NCBI GenBank assembly: GCA_964016885.1
Contig: OZ024742.1
Location: forward strand, 203,856,001-203,920,000
DNA: 64,000 nucleotides
Source: Eledone cirrhosa
Lineage: Eukaryota
Direction of reading: 5' to 3'
A model generated the notes under the pieces. It had not been told where the DNA came from. It was given only the letters and a program-made list of their open reading frames with translations, and did not search any database. A program made the position numbers and the translations under genes. Of this stretch, positions 18,001-35,270 are shown one piece after another. The stretch's first letter is position 1, and every line of letters starts with the position of its first letter.

Positions 18001-21000
18001 CTCAGCAACACCTACAACACCACCACCCTCAGCAACACCAACAACACCACCATCCTCAGCAACACCAACAACACCACCATCCTCAGCAACACCAACAACA
18101 CCACCACCCTCAGCAACACCAACAACACCACCACCCCCAGCAACACCAACAACACCACCACCCTCAGCAACACCAACAACACCACCACCCTCAGCAACAC
18201 CAACAACACCACCATCCTCAGCAACACCAACAACACCACCACCCTCAGCAACACCAGCAACACCACCACCCTCAGCAACACCAACAACACCACCATCCTC
18301 AGCAACACCAACAACACCACCACCCTCAGCAACACCAACAACACCACCACCCCCAGCAACACCAACAACACCACCACCCTCAGCAACACCAACAACACCA
18401 CCACCCTCAGCAACACCAACAACACCACCATCCTCAGCAACACCAACAACACCACCACCCTCAGCAACACCAACAACACCACCACCCTCAGCAACACCTA
18501 CAACACCACCACCCTCAGCAACACCTACAACACCACCACCCTCAGCAACACCAACAACACCACCATCCTCAGCAACACCAACAACACCACCATCCTCAGC
18601 AACACCAACAACACCACCACCCTCAGCAACACCAACAACACCACCACCCCCAGCAACACCAACAACACCACCACCCCCAGCAACACCAACAACACCACCA
18701 CCCTCAGCAACACCAACAACACCACCACCCTCAGCAACACCAACAACACCACCACCCTCAGCAACACCAACAACACCACCACCCTCAGCAACACCAACAA
18801 CACCACCATCCTCAGCAACACCAACAACACCACCATCCTCAGCAACACCAACACCACCACCACCCTCAGCAACACCAACAACACCACCACCCCCAGCAAC
18901 ACCAACACCACCACCACCCCCAGCAACCCCAACAACACCACCACCCTCAGCAACACCAACAACACCACCACCCTCAGCAACACCAACAACACCACCATCC
19001 TCCGCAACACCAACAACACCACCACCCTCAGCAACACCAACAACACCACCATCCTCAGCAACACCAACAACACCACCACCCTCAGCAACACCAACAACAC
19101 CACCACCCTCAGCAACACCAACAACACCACCACCCTCAGCAACACCAACAACACCACCACCCACAGCAACACCAACAACACCACCATCCTCAGCAACACC
19201 AACAACACCACCACCCCCAGCAACATCAACAACACCACCATCCTCAGCAACACCAACAACACCACCACCCTCAGCAACACCAACAACACCACCACCCTCA
19301 GCAACACCAACAACACCACCACCCTCAGCAACACCAATACCACCACCATCCTCAGCAACACCAACAACACCACCACCCTCAGCAACACCAACAACACCAC
19401 CACCCTCAGCAACACCAATACCACCACCATCCTCAGCAACACCAACAACACCACCATCCTCAGCAACACCAACAACACCACCACCCTCAGCAACACCAAC
19501 AACACCACCACCCCCAGCAACATCAACAACACCACCACCCTCAGCATCACCAACAACACCACCACCCTCAGCAACACCAACAACACCACCATCCTCAGCA
19601 ACGCCAACAACACCACCATCCTCAGCAACACCAACAACACCACCACCCCCAGCAACACCAACAACACCGTCACCCTCAGCAACACCAACAACACCACCAC
19701 CCCCAGCAACACCAACAACACCACCATCCTCAGCAACACCAACAACACCACCATCCTCAGCAACACCAACAACACCACCACCCACAGCTACACCAACAAC
19801 ACCACCATCCTCAGCAACACCAACAACACCACCACCCTCAGCAACATCATCAACACCACCACCCCCAGCCACACCAACAACACCACCACCCTCAGCAACA
19901 CCAACAACACCACCACCCTCAGCAACACCAACAACACCACCACCCTCAGCAACACCAACAACACCACCACCCTCAGCAACACCAACAACACCACCACCCT
20001 CAGCAACACCAACAACACCACCATCGTCAGCAACACCAACAACACCACCATCCTCAGCAACACCAACAACACCACCACCCACAGCAACACCAACAACACC
20101 ACCACCCCCAGCAACACCAACAACACCACCACCCCCAGCAACACCAACAACACCACCACCCTCAGCAACATCAACAACACCACCACCCTCAGCAACACCA
20201 ACAACACCACCACCCTCAGCAACACCAACAACACCACCATCGTCAGCAACACCAACAACACCACCATCCTCAGCAACACCAACAACACCACCACCCTCAG
20301 CAACATCAACAACACCACCACCCTCAGCAACACCAACAACACCACCACCCTCAGCAACACCAACAACACCACCATCCTCAGCAACACCAACAACACCACC
20401 TTCCTCAGCAACACCAACAACACCACCACCCCCAGCAACACCAACAACACCACCACCCTCAGCAACACCAACAACACCACCACCCTCAGCAACACCAACA
20501 ACACCACCATCCTCAGCAACACCAACAACACCACCACCCACAGCAACACCAACAACACCACCACCCCCAGCAACACCAACAACACCACCACCCCCAGCAA
20601 CACCAACGACACCAACACCCCCTGCAACACCAACAACACCACCACCCTCAGCAACACCAACAACACCACCACCCCCAGCAACACCAACAACACCACCACC
20701 CTCAGCAACACCAACAACACCACCACCCTCAGCAACACCAACAACACCACCATCCTCAGCAACACCAACAACACCACCACCCTCAGCAACACCAACAACA
20801 CCACCACCCTCAGCAACACCAACAACACCACCACCCTCAGCAACACCAACAACACCACCATCCCCAGCAACACCAACAACACCACCATCCTCAGCAACAC
20901 CAACAACACCACCATCCCCAGCAACACCAACAACACCACCACCCCCAGCAACACCAACAACACCACCACCCTCAGCAACACCAACAACACCACCACCCTC

Positions 21001-24000
21001 AGCAACACCTACAACACCACCACCCTCAGCAACACCAACAACACCACCACCCCCAGCAACACCAACAACACCACCACCCTCAGCAACACCAACAACACCA
21101 CCACCCTCAGCAACACCAACAACACCACCACCCTCAGCAACACCAACAACACCACCACCCTCAGCAACACCAGCAACACCACCACCCTCAGCAACACCAA
21201 CAACACCACCACCCTCAGCAACACCAACAACACCACCATCCCCAGCAACACCAACAACACCACCATCCTCAGCAACACCAACAACACCACCATCCTCAGC
21301 AACACCAACAACACCACCACCCTCAGCAACACCAACAACACCACCACCCTCAGCAACACCAACAACACCACCACCCTCAGCAACACCAACAACACAACCA
21401 TCCCCAGCAACACAAACAACACCACCACCCTCAGCAACACCAACAACACCACCATCCCCAGCAACACCAACAACACCACCATCCTCAGCAACACCAACAA
21501 CACCACCACCCCCAGCAACACCAACAACACCACCACCCTCAGCAACACCAACAACACCACCACCCTCAGCAACACCAACAACACCACCACCCCCAGCAAC
21601 ACCAACAACACCACCATCCTCAGCAACACCAACAACACCACCACCCTCAGCAACACCAACAACACCACCACCCCCAGCAACACCAACGACACCAACACCC
21701 CCTGCAACACCAACAACACCACCACCCTCAGCAACATCAACAACACCACCACCCTCAGCAACACCAACAACACCACCATCCTCAGCAACATCAACAACAC
21801 CACCACCCTCAGCAACACCAACAACACCACCACCCTCAGCAACACCAACAACACCACCATCCTCAGCAACATCAACAACACCACCACCCTCAGCAACACC
21901 AACAACACCACCACCCCCAGCAACACCAACGACACCAACACCCCCTGCAACACCAACAACACCACCACCCTCAGCAACATCAACAACACCACCACCCTCA
22001 GCAACACCAACAACACCACCATCCTCAGCAACATCAACAACACCACCACCCTCAGCAACACCAACAACACCACCACCCTCAGCAACACCAACAACACCAC
22101 CATCCTCAGCAACACCAACAACACCACCACCCTCAGCAACACCAACAACACCACCACCCCCAGCAACACCAACAACACCACCACCCCCAGCAACACCAAC
22201 GACACCAACACCCCCTGCAACACCAACAACACCACCACCCTCAGCAACACCAACAACACCACCAACCTCAGCAACATCAACAACACCACCACCCCCAGCA
22301 ACACCAACAACACCACCACCCTCAGCAACATCAACAACACCACCACCCTCAGCAACACCAACAACACCACCATCCTCAGCAACATCAACAACACCACCAC
22401 CCTCAGCAACACCAACAACACCACCACCCTCAGCAACACCAACAACACCACCATCCTCAGCAACATCAACAACACCACCATCCTCAGCAACATCAACAAC
22501 ACCACCATCCTCAGCAACACCAACAACACCACCACCCTCAGCAACACCAACAACACCACCACCCTCAGCAACACCAACAACACCACCATCCTCAGCAACA
22601 TTAACAACACCACCACCCTCAGCAACACCAACAACACCACCACCATCAGCAACATCAACAACACCACCATCCTCAGCAACATCAACAACACCACCACCCT
22701 CAGCAACACCAACAACACCACCACCCTCAGCAACATCAACAACACCACCACCCTCAGCAACACCAACAACACCACCACCCTCAGCAACACCAGCAACACC
22801 ACCATCCTCAGCAACATCAACAACACCACCACCCTCAGCAACACCAACAACACCACCACCCTCAGCAACACCAACAACACCACCATCCTCAGCAACATCA
22901 ACAACACCACCACCCTCAGCAACACCAACAACACCACCACCCTCAGCAACACCAACAACACCACCATCCTCAGCAACATCAACAACACCACCACCCTCAG
23001 CAACACCAACAACACCACCACCCCCAGCAACACCAACGACACCAACACCCCCTGCAACACCAACAACACCACCACCCTCAGCAACATCAACAACACCACC
23101 ACCCTCAGCAACACCAACAACACCACCATCCTCAGCAACATCAACAACACCACCACCCTCAGCAACACCAACAACACCACCACCCTCAGCAACACCAACA
23201 ACACCACCATCCTCAGCAACACCAACAACACCACCACCCTCAGCAACACCAACAACACCACCACCCCCAGCAACACCAACAACACCACCACCCCCAGCAA
23301 CACCAACGACACCAACACCCCCTGCAACACCAACAACACCACCACCCTCAGCAACACCAACAACACCACCAACCTCAGCAACATCAACAACACCACCACC
23401 CCCAGCAACACCAACAACACCACCACCCTCAGCAACACCAACAACACCACCACCCTCAGCAACATCAACACCACCACCACCCTCAGCAACACCAACAACA
23501 ACACCACCATTCTCAGCAACACCAACAACAACACCAACCTCAGCAACATCATCAACACCACCACCCTCAGCCACACCAACAACACCACCACCCTCAGCAA
23601 CATCAACAACACCACCACCCTCAGCCACACCAACAAGACCACCACCCTCAGCAACACCAACAACACCACCATCCTCAGCAACACCAACAACACCACCACC
23701 CTCAGCAACACCAACAACACCACCACCCACAGCAACACCAACACCACCACCCTCAGCAACACCAACAACACCACCACCCTCAGCAACACCAACAACACCA
23801 CCACCCTCAGCAACATCAACAACACCACCACCCCCAGCAACACCAACAACACCACCACCCCCAGCAACACCAACAACACCACCACCCCCAGCAACACCAA
23901 CAACACCACCACCCTCAGCAACACCAACAACACCACCACCCTCAGCAACACCAACAACACCACCATCCTCCGCAACACCAACAACACCACCACCCTCAGC

Positions 24001-27000
24001 AACACCAACAACACCACCATCCTCTGCAACACCAACAACACCACCACCTTCAGCAACACCAACAACACCACCACCCCCAGCAACATCAACAACACCACCA
24101 TCCTCAGCAACACCAACAACACCACCACCCTCAGCAACACCAACAACACCACCACCCTCAGCAACACCAACAACACCACCATCCTCAGCAACACCAACAA
24201 CACCACCACCCCCAGCAACATCAACAACACCACCATCCTCAGCAACACCAATACCACCACCATCCTCAGCAACACCAACAACACCACCACCCCCAGCAAC
24301 ATCAACAACACCACCATCCTCAGCAACACCAACAACACCACCACCCTCAGCAACACCAACAACACCACCACCCTCAGCAACACCAACAACACCACCATCC
24401 TCAGCAACACCAACAACACCACCACCCTCAGCAACACCAACAACACCACCATCCTCAGCAACACCAATACCACCACCATCCTCAGCAACACCAACAACAC
24501 CACCATCCTCAGCAACACCAACAACACCACCACCCTCAGCAACACCAGCAACACCACCACCCCCAGCAACACCAACAACACCACCACCCTCAGCAACACC
24601 AACAACACCACCATCCTCAGCAACGCCAACAACGCCACCACCCTCAGCAACATCAACAACACCACCACCCTCAGCAACACCAACAACACCACCACCCCCA
24701 GCAACACCAACAACACCACCATCCTCAGCAACACCAACAACACCACCACCCCCAGCAACACCAACAACACCACCACCCTCAGCAACACCAACAACACCAC
24801 CACCCCCAGCAACACCAACAACACCACCATCCTCAGCAACACCAACAACACCACCACCCCCAGCAACACCAACAACACCACCATCCTCAGCAACACCAAT
24901 AACACCACCACCCCCAGCAACACCAACAACACCACCACACTCAGCAACATCAACAAAACTACCACCCCCAGCAACACAACAACACCACCATCCCCAGCAA
25001 CACCAACAACACCACCACACTCAGCAACATCAACAACACTACCACCCCCAGCAACATCAACAACACCACCATCCTCAGCAACACCAATACCACCACCATC
25101 CTCAGCAACACCAACAACACCACCACCCTCAGCAACACCAACAACACCACCACCCACAGCAACACCAACAACACCACCACCCTCAGCAACACCAACAACA
25201 CCACCATCCCCAGCAACACCAACAACACCACCACCCTCAGCAACACCAACAACACCACCACCCTCAGCAACACCAACAACACCACCACCCCCAGCAACAC
25301 CAACAACACCACCAACCTCAGCAACACCAACAACACCACCATCCTCAGCCACACCAACAACACTACCACCCCCAGCAACACCAACAACACCACCATCCCC
25401 AGCAACACCAACAACACCACCACACTCAGCAACATCAACAACACTACCACCCCCAGCAACACCAACAACACCACCACCCTCAGGAACACCAACAACACCA
25501 CCACCCTCAGCAACACCAACAACACCACCACCCCCAGCAACACCAACAACACCACCATCCTCAGCCACACCAACAACACCACCACCCCCAGCAACACCAA
25601 CAACACCACCACCCCCAGCAACACCAACAACACCACCACCCTCAGCAACACCAACAACACCACCACCCCCAGCAACAACAACACCACCACCCCCAGCAAC
25701 ACCAACAACACCACCACCCCCAGCAACACCAACAACACCACCACCCTCAGCGACACCAACAACACCACCACCCTCAGCAACACCAACAACACCACCATCC
25801 TCAGCAACACCAACAACACCACCACCCCCAGCAACAACAACACCACCATCCTCAGCAACACCAACAACACCACCACCCTCAGCAACACCAACAACACCAC
25901 CACCCTCAGCAACACCAACAACACCACCACCCCCAGCAACACCAACAACACCACCATCCTCAGCAACACCAACAACACCACCACCCTCAGCAACACCAAC
26001 AACACCACCACCCCCAGCAACACCAACAACACCACCACCCTCAGCAACACCAACAACACCACCACCCTCAGCAACACCAACAACACCACCACCCCCAGCA
26101 ACACCAACAACACCACCATCCTCAGCAACACCAACAACACCACCACCCCCAGCAACACCAACAACACCACCATCCACAGCAACACCAACAACACCACCAC
26201 CCTCAGTAACACCAACAACACCACCACCCTCAGCAACACCAACAACACCACCACCCTCAGCAACACCAACAACACCACCACCCCCAGCAACACCAACAAC
26301 ACCACCATCCTCAGCAACACCAACAACACCACCACCCCCAGCAACACCAACAACACCACCATCCACAGCAACACCAACAACACCACCACCCCCAGCAACA
26401 CCAACAACACCACCACCCTCAGCAACACCAACAACACCACCACCCTCAGCAACACCAACAACACCACCACCCCCAGCAACACCAACAACACCACCATCCT
26501 CAGCAACACCAACAACACCACCACCCTCAGCAACACCAACAACACCACCACCCTCAGCAACACCAACAACACCACCACCCTCAGCAACACCAACAACACC
26601 ACCACCCCCAGCAACACCAACAACACCACCATCCTCAGCAACACCAACAACACCACCACCCTCAGCAACACCAACAACACCACCACCCCCAGCAACACCA
26701 ACAACACCACCACCCTCAGCAACACCAACAACACCACCACCCTCAGCAACACCAACAACACCACCACCCCCAGCAACACCAACAACACCACCATCCTCAG
26801 CAACACCAACAACACCACCACCCTCAGCAACACCAACAACACCACCACCCTCAGCAACACCAACAACACCACCACCCTCAGCAACACCAACAACACCACC
26901 ACCCCCAGCAAGATCAACAACACCACCACCCTCAGCAACACCAACAACACCACCATCCTCAGCTACACCAACAACACCACCACCCCCAGCAACACCAACA

Positions 27001-30000
27001 ACACCACCACCCTCAGCAACACCAACAACACCACCACCCTCAGCAACACCAACAACACCACCATCCTCAGCAACACCAACAACACCACCATCCTCAGCCA
27101 CACCAACAACACCACCACCCCCAGCAACACCAACAACACCACCCTCAGCAACACCAACAACACCACCTTCCTCAGCAACACCATCAACACCCCCACCCTC
27201 AGCAACACCAACAACACCACCACCCCCAGCAACACCAACAACACCACCACCCCCAGCAACACCAACAACACCACCACCCCCAGCAACACCAACAACACCC
27301 CCACCCTCAGCAACACCAACAACACCACCACCCTCAGCAACACCAACAACACCACCATCCTCAGCAACACCAACAACACCACCATCCTCAGCAACACCAA
27401 CAACACCACCACCCTCAGCAACACCAACAACACCACCACCCCCAGCAACATCAACAACACCACCACCCTCAGCAACACCAACAACACCACCACCCTCAGC
27501 AACACCAACAACACCACCATCCTCAGCAACACCAACAACACCACCACCCTCAGCAACATCAACAACACCATCCTCAGCAACACCAACAACACCACCATCC
27601 TCAGCAACACCAACAACACCACCACCCCCAGCAACACCAACAACACCACCACCCTCAGCAACACCAACAACACCACCACCCTCAGCAACACCAACAACAC
27701 CACCACCCTCAGCAACACCAACAACACCACCACCCTCAGCAACACCAACAACACCACCACCCTCAGCAACACCAACAACACCACCACCCTCAGCAACACC
27801 AACAACACCACCACCCTCAGCAACACCAACAACACCACCACCCTCAGCAACACCAACAACACCACCACCCTCAGCAACACCAACAACACCACCACCCTCA
27901 GCAACACCAACAACACCACCATCCTCAGCTACACCAACAACACCACCACCTTCAGCAACACCAACAACACCACCATCCTCAGCAACACCAACAACACCAC
28001 CACCCTCAGCAACATCAACAACACCACCACCCTCAGCAACACCAACAACACCACCATCCTCAGCTACACCAACAACACCACCACCCTCAGCAACACCAAC
28101 AACACCACCACCTTCAGCAACACCAACAACACCACCACCCTCAGCAACACCAACAACACCACCACCCTCAGCAACACCAACAACACCACCACCCTCAGCA
28201 ACACCAACAACACCACCACCCTCAGCAACACCAACAACACCACCATCCTCAGCTACACCAACAACACCACCACCTTCAGCAACACCAACAACACCACCAT
28301 CCTCAGCAACACCAACAACACCACCACCCTCAGCAACATCAACAACACCACCACCCTCAGCAACACCAACAACACCACCATCCTCAGCTACACCAACAAC
28401 ACCACCACCCTCAGCAACACCAACAACACCACCACCCTCAGCAACACCAACAACACCACCACCCTCAGCAACACCAACAACACCACCACCCTCAGCAACA
28501 CCAACAACACCACCATCCTCAGCTCCACCAACAACACCACCACCTTCAGCAACACCAACAACACCACCATCCTCAGCAACACCAACAACACCACCACCCT
28601 CAGCAACATCAACAACACCACCACCCTCAGCAACACCAACAACACCACCATCCACAGCAACACCAACAACACCACCACCCCCAGCAACACCAACAACACC
28701 ACCACCCCCAGCAACACCAACAACACCACCACCCTCAGCAAGATCAACAACACCACCATCCTCAGCAACACCAACACCACCACCACCCTCAGCAACACCA
28801 ACAACACCACCACCCTCAGCAACACCAACAACACCACCACCCTCAGCAACACCAACAACACCACCACCCTCAGCAACACCAACAACACCACCACCTTCAG
28901 CAACACCAACAACACCACCATCCTCAGCAACACCAACAACACCACCACCCTCAGCAACACCAACAACACCACCACCCTCAGCAACACCAACAACACCACC
29001 ACCTTCAGCAACACCAACAACACCACCATCCTCAGCAACACCAACAACACCACCACCCTCAGCAACACCAACAACACCACCACCCTCAGCAACACCAACA
29101 ACACCCCCACCCTCAGCAACACCAACTACACCACCACCCTCAGCAACACCAACAACACCACCACCTTCAGCAACACCAACAACACCACCATCCTCAGCAA
29201 CACCAACAACACCACCACCCTCAGCAACACCAACAACACCACCACCCTCAGCAACACCAACAACACCCCCACCCTCAGCAACACCAACAACACCACCATC
29301 CTCAGCAACACCAACAACACCACCACCCTCAGCAACACCAACAACACCACCACCCTCAGCAACACCATCAACACCCCCACCCTCAGCAACACCAACTACA
29401 CCACCACCCTCAGCAACACCAACAACACCACCATCCTCAGCTACACCAACAACACCACCACCCTCAGCAACATCAACAACACTACCACCCTCAGCAACAC
29501 CAACAACACCACCATCCTCAGCTACACCAACAACACCACCACCCCCAGCAACACCAACAACACCACCACCCTCAGCAACACCAACAACACCACCACCCTC
29601 AGCAACACCAACAACACCACCATCCTCAGCAACACCAACAACACCACCACCTTCAGCAACACCAACAACACCACCACCCTCAGCAACACCAACAACACCA
29701 CCACCCTCAGCAACACCAACAACACCACCACCCTCAGCAACACCAACAACACCACCACCCTCAGCAACACCAACAACACCACCACCCTCAGCAACACCAA
29801 CAACACCACCACCCCCAGCAACACCAACAACACCACCACCCTCAGCAACATCAACAACACCACCACCCTCAGCAACACCAACAACACCACCACCTTCAGC
29901 AACACCAACAACACCACCACCCCCAGCAACACCAACAACACCACCACCCTCAGCAACACCAACAACACCACCACCCTCAGCAACACCAACAACACCACCA

Positions 30001-33000
30001 TCCTCAGCAACACCAACAACACCACCACCCCCAGCAACACCAACAACACCACCATCCCCAGCAACACCAACAACACCACCCTCAGCAACACCAACAACAC
30101 CACCTTCCTCAGCAACACCATCAACACCCCCACCCTCAGCAACACCAACAACACCACCACCCTCAGCAACACCAACAACACCACCACCCTCAGCAACACC
30201 AACAACACCACCACCCCCAGCAACACCAACAACACCACCATCCTCAGCAACACCATCAACACCCCCACCCTCAGCAACACCAACAACACCACCACCCCCA
30301 GCAACACCAACAACACCACCATCCTCAGCAACACCATCAACACCCCCACCCTCAGCAACACCAACAACACCACCACCCTCAGCAACACCAACAACACCAC
30401 CACCCTCAGCAACACCATCAACACCCCCACCCTCAGCAACACCAACAACACCACCACCCTCAGCAACACCAACAACACCACCACCCTCAGCAACACCAAC
30501 AACACCACCACCCTCAGCAACGCCAACAACACCACCACCCTCAGCAACACCATCAACACCGCCACCCTCAGCAACACCAACAACACCACCACCCTCAGCA
30601 ACACCAACAACACCACCACCCTCAGCAACACCAACAACACCACCACCCTCAGCAACATCAACAACACCACCACCCCCAGCAACACCAACAACACCACCAT
30701 CCTCAGCAACACCATCAACACCCCCACCCTCAGCAACACCAACAACACCACCACCCTCAGCAACACCAACAACACCACCACCCTCAGCAACACCATCAAC
30801 ACCCCCACCCTCAGCAACACCAACAACACCACCACCCTCAGCAACACCAACAACACCACCACCCTCAGCAACACCAACAACACCACCACCCTCAGCAACA
30901 CCAACAACACCACCACCCTCAGCAACACCATCAACACCGCCACCCTCAGCAACACCAACAACACCGCCACCCTCAGCAACACCAACAACACCACCACCCT
31001 CAGCAACACCAACAACACCACCACCCTCAGCAACACCAACAACACCACCACCCTCAGCAACACCATCAACACCCCCACCCTCAGCAACACCAACAACACC
31101 ACCACCCTCAGCAACACCATCAACACCCCCACCCTCAGCAACACCAACAACACCACCACCCCCAGCAACACCAACAACACCACCACCCCCAGCAACACCA
31201 ACAACACCACCACCCCCAGCAACACCAACAAACCACCATCCTCAGCAACACCAACAACACCACCACCCCCAGCAACACCAACAACACCACCACCCTCAGC
31301 AACACCATCAACACCGCCACCCTCAGCAACACCAACAACACCACCACCCTCAGCAACACCAACAACACCACCACCCTCAGCAACACCAACAACACCACCA
31401 CCCTCAGCAAAACCAACAACACCACCATCCTCAGCAACATCAACAACACCACCATCCTCAGCAACACCAACAACACCACCACCCTCAGCAACACCAACAA
31501 CACCACCACCCTCAGCAACACCAACAACACCACCACCCTCAGCAACATCAACAACACCACCACCCTCAGCAACACCAACAACACCACCACCCTCAGCAAC
31601 ACCAACAACACCACCATCCTCAGCAACACCAACAACACCACCACCCTCAGCTACACCAACAACACCACCACCCCCAGCAACACCAACAACACCACCACCC
31701 TCAGCAACACCAACAACACCACCACCCTCAGCAACACCAACAACACCACCACCTTCAGCAACACCAACAACACCACCATCCTCAGCAACACCAACAACAC
31801 CACCACCCTCAGCAACACCAACAACACCACCATCCCCAGCAACACCAACAACACCACCACCCTCAGCAAGATCAACAACACCACCACCCCCAGCAACACC
31901 AACAACACCACCACCCCCAGCAACACCAACAACACCACCACCCTCAGCAAGATCAACAACACCACCACCCCCAGCAACACCAACAACACCACCACCCTCA
32001 GCAACACCAACAACACCACCACCCTCAGCAACACCAACAACACCACCATCCTCAGCAACACCAACAACACCACCACCCTCAGCAAGATCAACAACACCAC
32101 CACCCCCAGCAACACCAACAACACCACCACCCCCAGCAACACCAACAACACCACCACCCTCAGCAACACCAACAACACCACCACCCTCAGCAACACCAAC
32201 AACACCACCATCCTCCGCAACACCAACAACACCACCACCCTCAGCAACACCAACAACACCACCACCCTCAGCAACACCAACAACACCACCACCCCCAGCA
32301 ACACCAACAACACCACCACCCTCAGCAAGATCAACAACACCACCACCCTCAGCAACACCAACAACACCACCATCCTCAGCAACACCAACAACACCACCAT
32401 CCCCATCAACACCAACAACACCACCACCCTCAGCAAGATCAACAACACCACCACCCTCAGCAACACCAACAACACCACCACCCCCAGCAACACCAACAAC
32501 ACCACCACCCCCAGCAACACCAACAACACCACCACCCTCAGCAAGATCAACAACACCACCACCCTCAGCAACACCAACAACACCACCACCCTCAGCAACA
32601 CCAACAACACCACCACCCTCAGCAACACCAACAACACCACCACCTTCAGCAACACCAACAACACCACCATCCTCCGCAACACCAACAACACCACCACCCT
32701 CAGCAACACCAACAACACCACCATCCTCAGCAACACCAACAACACCACCACCCTCAGCAACACCAACAACACCACCATCCTCAGCAACATCAACAACACC
32801 ACCACCCTCAGCAACACCAACAACACCACCACCCTCAGCAACACCAACAACACCACCATCCCCAGCAACACCAACAACACCACCACCCTCAGCAACACCA
32901 ACAACACCACCACCCTCAGCAACACCAACAACACCACCACCCTCAGCAACACCAACAACACCACCCTCAGCAACACCAACAACACCACCACCCTCAGCAA

Positions 33001-35270
33001 CACCAACAACACCACCCTCAGCAACACCAACAACACCACCACCCTCAGCAACACCAACAACACCACCTCCCTTAACAACACCACCAGCCTCAGCAACACC
33101 AACAACACCACCATCCCCAGCAACACCAACACCACCATCCTCAGCAACACCAACAACACCACCACCCTCAGCAACATCAACAACACCACCACCCCCAGCA
33201 ACACCAACAACACCACCACCCTCAGCAACACCAACAACACCACCACCCCCAGCAACATCAACAACACCACCACCCTCAGCAACACCAACAACACCACCAC
33301 CCCCAGCAACACCAGCAACACCACCACCCCCAGCAACACCAACAACACCACCACCCCCTGTAACACCAACAACACCACCACCCCCAGCAACACCAACAAC
33401 ACCACCATCCCCAGCAACACCAAAAACACCACCAACCTCAGCAACACCAACAACACCACCACCCTCAGCAACACCAACAACACCACCAACCTCAGCAACA
33501 CCAACAACACCACCACCCTCAGCAACACCAACAACACCACCACCCTCAGCAACACCAACAACACCACCACCCTCAGCAACACCAACAACACCACCAACCT
33601 CAGCAACACCAACTACACCACCACCCTCAGCAACACCAACAACACCACCACCCTCAGCAACACCAACAACACCACCACCCTCAGCAACACCAACAACACC
33701 ACCACCCTCAGCAACACCAACAACACCACCATCCCCAGCAACACCAACAACACCACCACCCACAGCAACACCAACAACACCACCACCCCCAGCAACACCA
33801 ACAACACCACCACCCTCAGCAACACCAACAACACCACCACCCCCAGCAACACCAACAACACAACCATCCCCAGCAACACCAACAACACCACCACCCCCAG
33901 CAACACCAACAACACCACCATCCCCAGCAACACCAACAACACCACCACCCTCAGCAACACCAACAACACCACCACCCTCAGCAACACCAACAACACCACC
34001 ATCCCCAGCAACACCAACAACACCACCACCCACAGCAACACCAACAACACCACCACCCCCAGCAACACCAACAACACCACCACCCTCAGCAACACCAACA
34101 ACACCACCACCCCCAGCAACACCAACAACACCACCACCCCCAGCAACACCAACAACACAACCATCCCCAGCAACACCAACAACACCACCACCCCCAGCAA
34201 CACCAACAACACCACCACCCTCAGCAACACCAACAACACCACCACCCTCAGCAACACCAACAACACCACCATCCTCAGCAACACCAACAACACCACCATC
34301 CCCAGCAACACCAACAACACCACCACCCTCAGCAACACCAACAACACCACCGTCCTCAGCAACACCAACAACACCACCATCCCCAGCAACACCAACAACA
34401 CCACCATCCTCAGCAACACCAACAACACCACCATCCCCAGCAACACCAACAACACCACCACCCTCAGCAACACCAACAACACCACCACCCTCAGCAACAC
34501 CAACAACACCACCACCCTCAGCAACACCAACAACACCACCAACCTCAGCAACACCAACTACACCACCACCCTCAGCAACACCAACAACACCACCACCCTC
34601 AGCAACACCAACAACACCACCACCCTCAGCAACACCAACAACACCACCACCCTCAGCAACACCAACAACACCACCATCCCCAGCAACACCAACAACACCA
34701 CCATCCTCAGCAACACCAACAACACCACCACCCTCAGCAACACCAACAACACCACCACCCTCAGCAACACCAACAACACCACCATCCTCAGCAACACCAA
34801 CAACACCACCATCCCCAGCAACACCAACAACACCACCACCCTCAGCAACACCAACAACACCACCACCCTCAACAACACCAACAACACCACCACCCTCAGC
34901 AACACCAACAACACCACCATCCCCAGCAACACCAACAACACCACCACCCTCAGCAACACCAACAACACCACCACCCTCAGCAACACCAACAACACCACCA
35001 CCCCCAGCAACACCAACAACACCAGCCTCAGCAACACCAACAACACCACCACCCCCAGCAACACCAACAACACCACCACCCTCAGCAACACCAACAACAC
35101 CACCACCCCCAGCAACACCAACAACACCACCACCCCCAGCAACACCAACAACACCACCATCCCCAGCATCACCAACAACACCACCACCCACAGCAACACA
35201 AACAACACCACCACTCTTAGCAACACAAACAACACCCCCACCCTTAGCAACACAAACAACAACACCACCA
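1..35270. repeat. Giant 27-bp tandem array (~1,300 units), consensus CAGCAACACCAACAACACCACCACCCT; continues beyond window start
   Basis: Directly visible 27-bp periodicity with recurrent variants (ACC/ATC, CTC/CCC/CAC). Occasional 18-, 24- and 30-bp units and six 26-bp units. Decays into (CCA/CAA/ACA) low-complexity sequence up to ~35,550. Confidence 0.98.

Noticed and set aside
1-35270. CRISPR array or telomeric repeat
   Set aside because: Units are contiguous with no unique spacers, there are no cas genes, context is eukaryotic, and no TTAGGG-type unit is present.
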